64,000 nt of DNA from Guillardia theta CCMP2712 (lineage: Eukaryota > Protista > Cryptophyta): positions 315,086 to 379,085 of the forward strand of contig NW_005434591.1 in NCBI RefSeq assembly GCF_000315625.1, read 5' to 3'. Made by a program: the position numbers and the translations under genes. Of this stretch, positions 63,221 to 64,000 are shown piece by piece; the stretch's first letter is position 1, and each line of letters begins with the position of its first letter. The notes below the pieces were generated by a model. That model was given only the letters and a program-made list of their open reading frames with translations, was not told where the DNA came from and did not search any database.

Positions 63221-64000
63221 CTGGAGTAACAGACATGCTCTCCTCCCCTGCAGTTTGAGGGGATCCCTGCGAGCTAGGGTGCTGAACAGGATATTTTTCT
63301 GTGCAGAAACGGTTGTTTGATCATGTGGTATCTATCCAAAGAGGAAAGGAAACAGATTGCTCGTGTCCGAGTTTCCCAGTTCCTAAACAAGGACACGACA
63401 CCTTCAGCACCTTCGCTAGGAGAGCTGATCCGAAGATTGGAACACTTCGTCAGGCAGTACCCTCAGAGCAGGACAGGCAGAGCCTTGCAGTCCAAGGAAG
63501 TCTCGATGAACGCCTTAGCCGAAGCCATTCGACAGACCTGCAAACATGCTGAAGTCAGGAGCCAGGAGGATGCCATCAAAGAATGGGGGGAAGAAGGACA
63601 GTCGTGGTATGTCTCTGCATGGAACGCAGACAAACAGGAGGTACTAGACAAGAGTGCCTGCATCGATGCTTCAGGAGCGTCCCCCGAGAGTGGTAAACTG
63701 ATTACCATGGCTATCCTCGGAGTTCCTACCCAGTACATAAAACAAGTTGAGGTACTGTGTGAGAAGTTGAAGGATCAAGGACTCTTGGTGCACGAGGAGC
63801 AGGGCAAGAAATGCATCTCGTGGAGAGCCCCGATCAAGAAAGATTTGATTCCGACAGTGGATGAAATCCCAGTCGTGGCAACACTCCAATTGAACGACGC
63901 AGCAGAACTGCTGTGGAAAGGACAGACGAACTTCAGGATCGACGGAAAGATGATCCGCGCGGTGAACGCGCATTCGAAGCATCCTTGCTCCTCAAGATAA
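63221..64000 (+). mobile_element. Telomere-associated element copy 3 (divergent subfamily), continues beyond the window
   Basis: ORF from ATG 63323 aligns in register with copy 2 (YPxSRT, AxAEAIRxTC, IxMxxLG, WxAP, EIPV, LWxG..FxIDG). Its TAA at 63998-64000 looks like the result of a 1-bp deletion in a TCCTTCAAGATA (SFKI)-like site. Confidence 0.85.

Overview
This is a eukaryotic nuclear subtelomere. Short dense introns, microsatellite-filled introns and TTTAGGG repeats suggest a cryptophyte-like alga, but the taxon is inferred, not shown. Positions 1-46 kb are ordinary intron-rich genes: cytosolic LeuRS, PCNA, IST1, a PDZ-pseudokinase, PRMT1, a GT47-like glycosyltransferase and two large secreted repeat proteins. 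From about 49.8 kb the window becomes a layered record of chromosome-end turnover. A truncated dynein heavy chain fragment and a chimeric coiled-coil ORF are followed by an intronless, very GC-rich gene block that is cut and capped by (TTTAGGG)8. After that come three related, diverged elements, each starting directly after a telomeric tract (53959, 59847, 63221). The complete copy (59847-63188) has exactly 40 perfect copies of a 19-bp 5' unit, a conserved uORF/hairpin leader, one 715-aa ORF1-like protein with RRM-like segments and no RT or endonuclease, a 76-bp 3' repeat with a GNRA hairpin, AATAAA, and an (AAT)n tail joined to AGGG(TTTAGGG)n. It looks like an RT-less, telomere-targeted retroelement family. 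Copy 1 is interrupted by a piggyBac element. That element's transposase is split by a 2.8-kb insert with 13-bp TIRs and is itself broken and capped by telomeric repeats.
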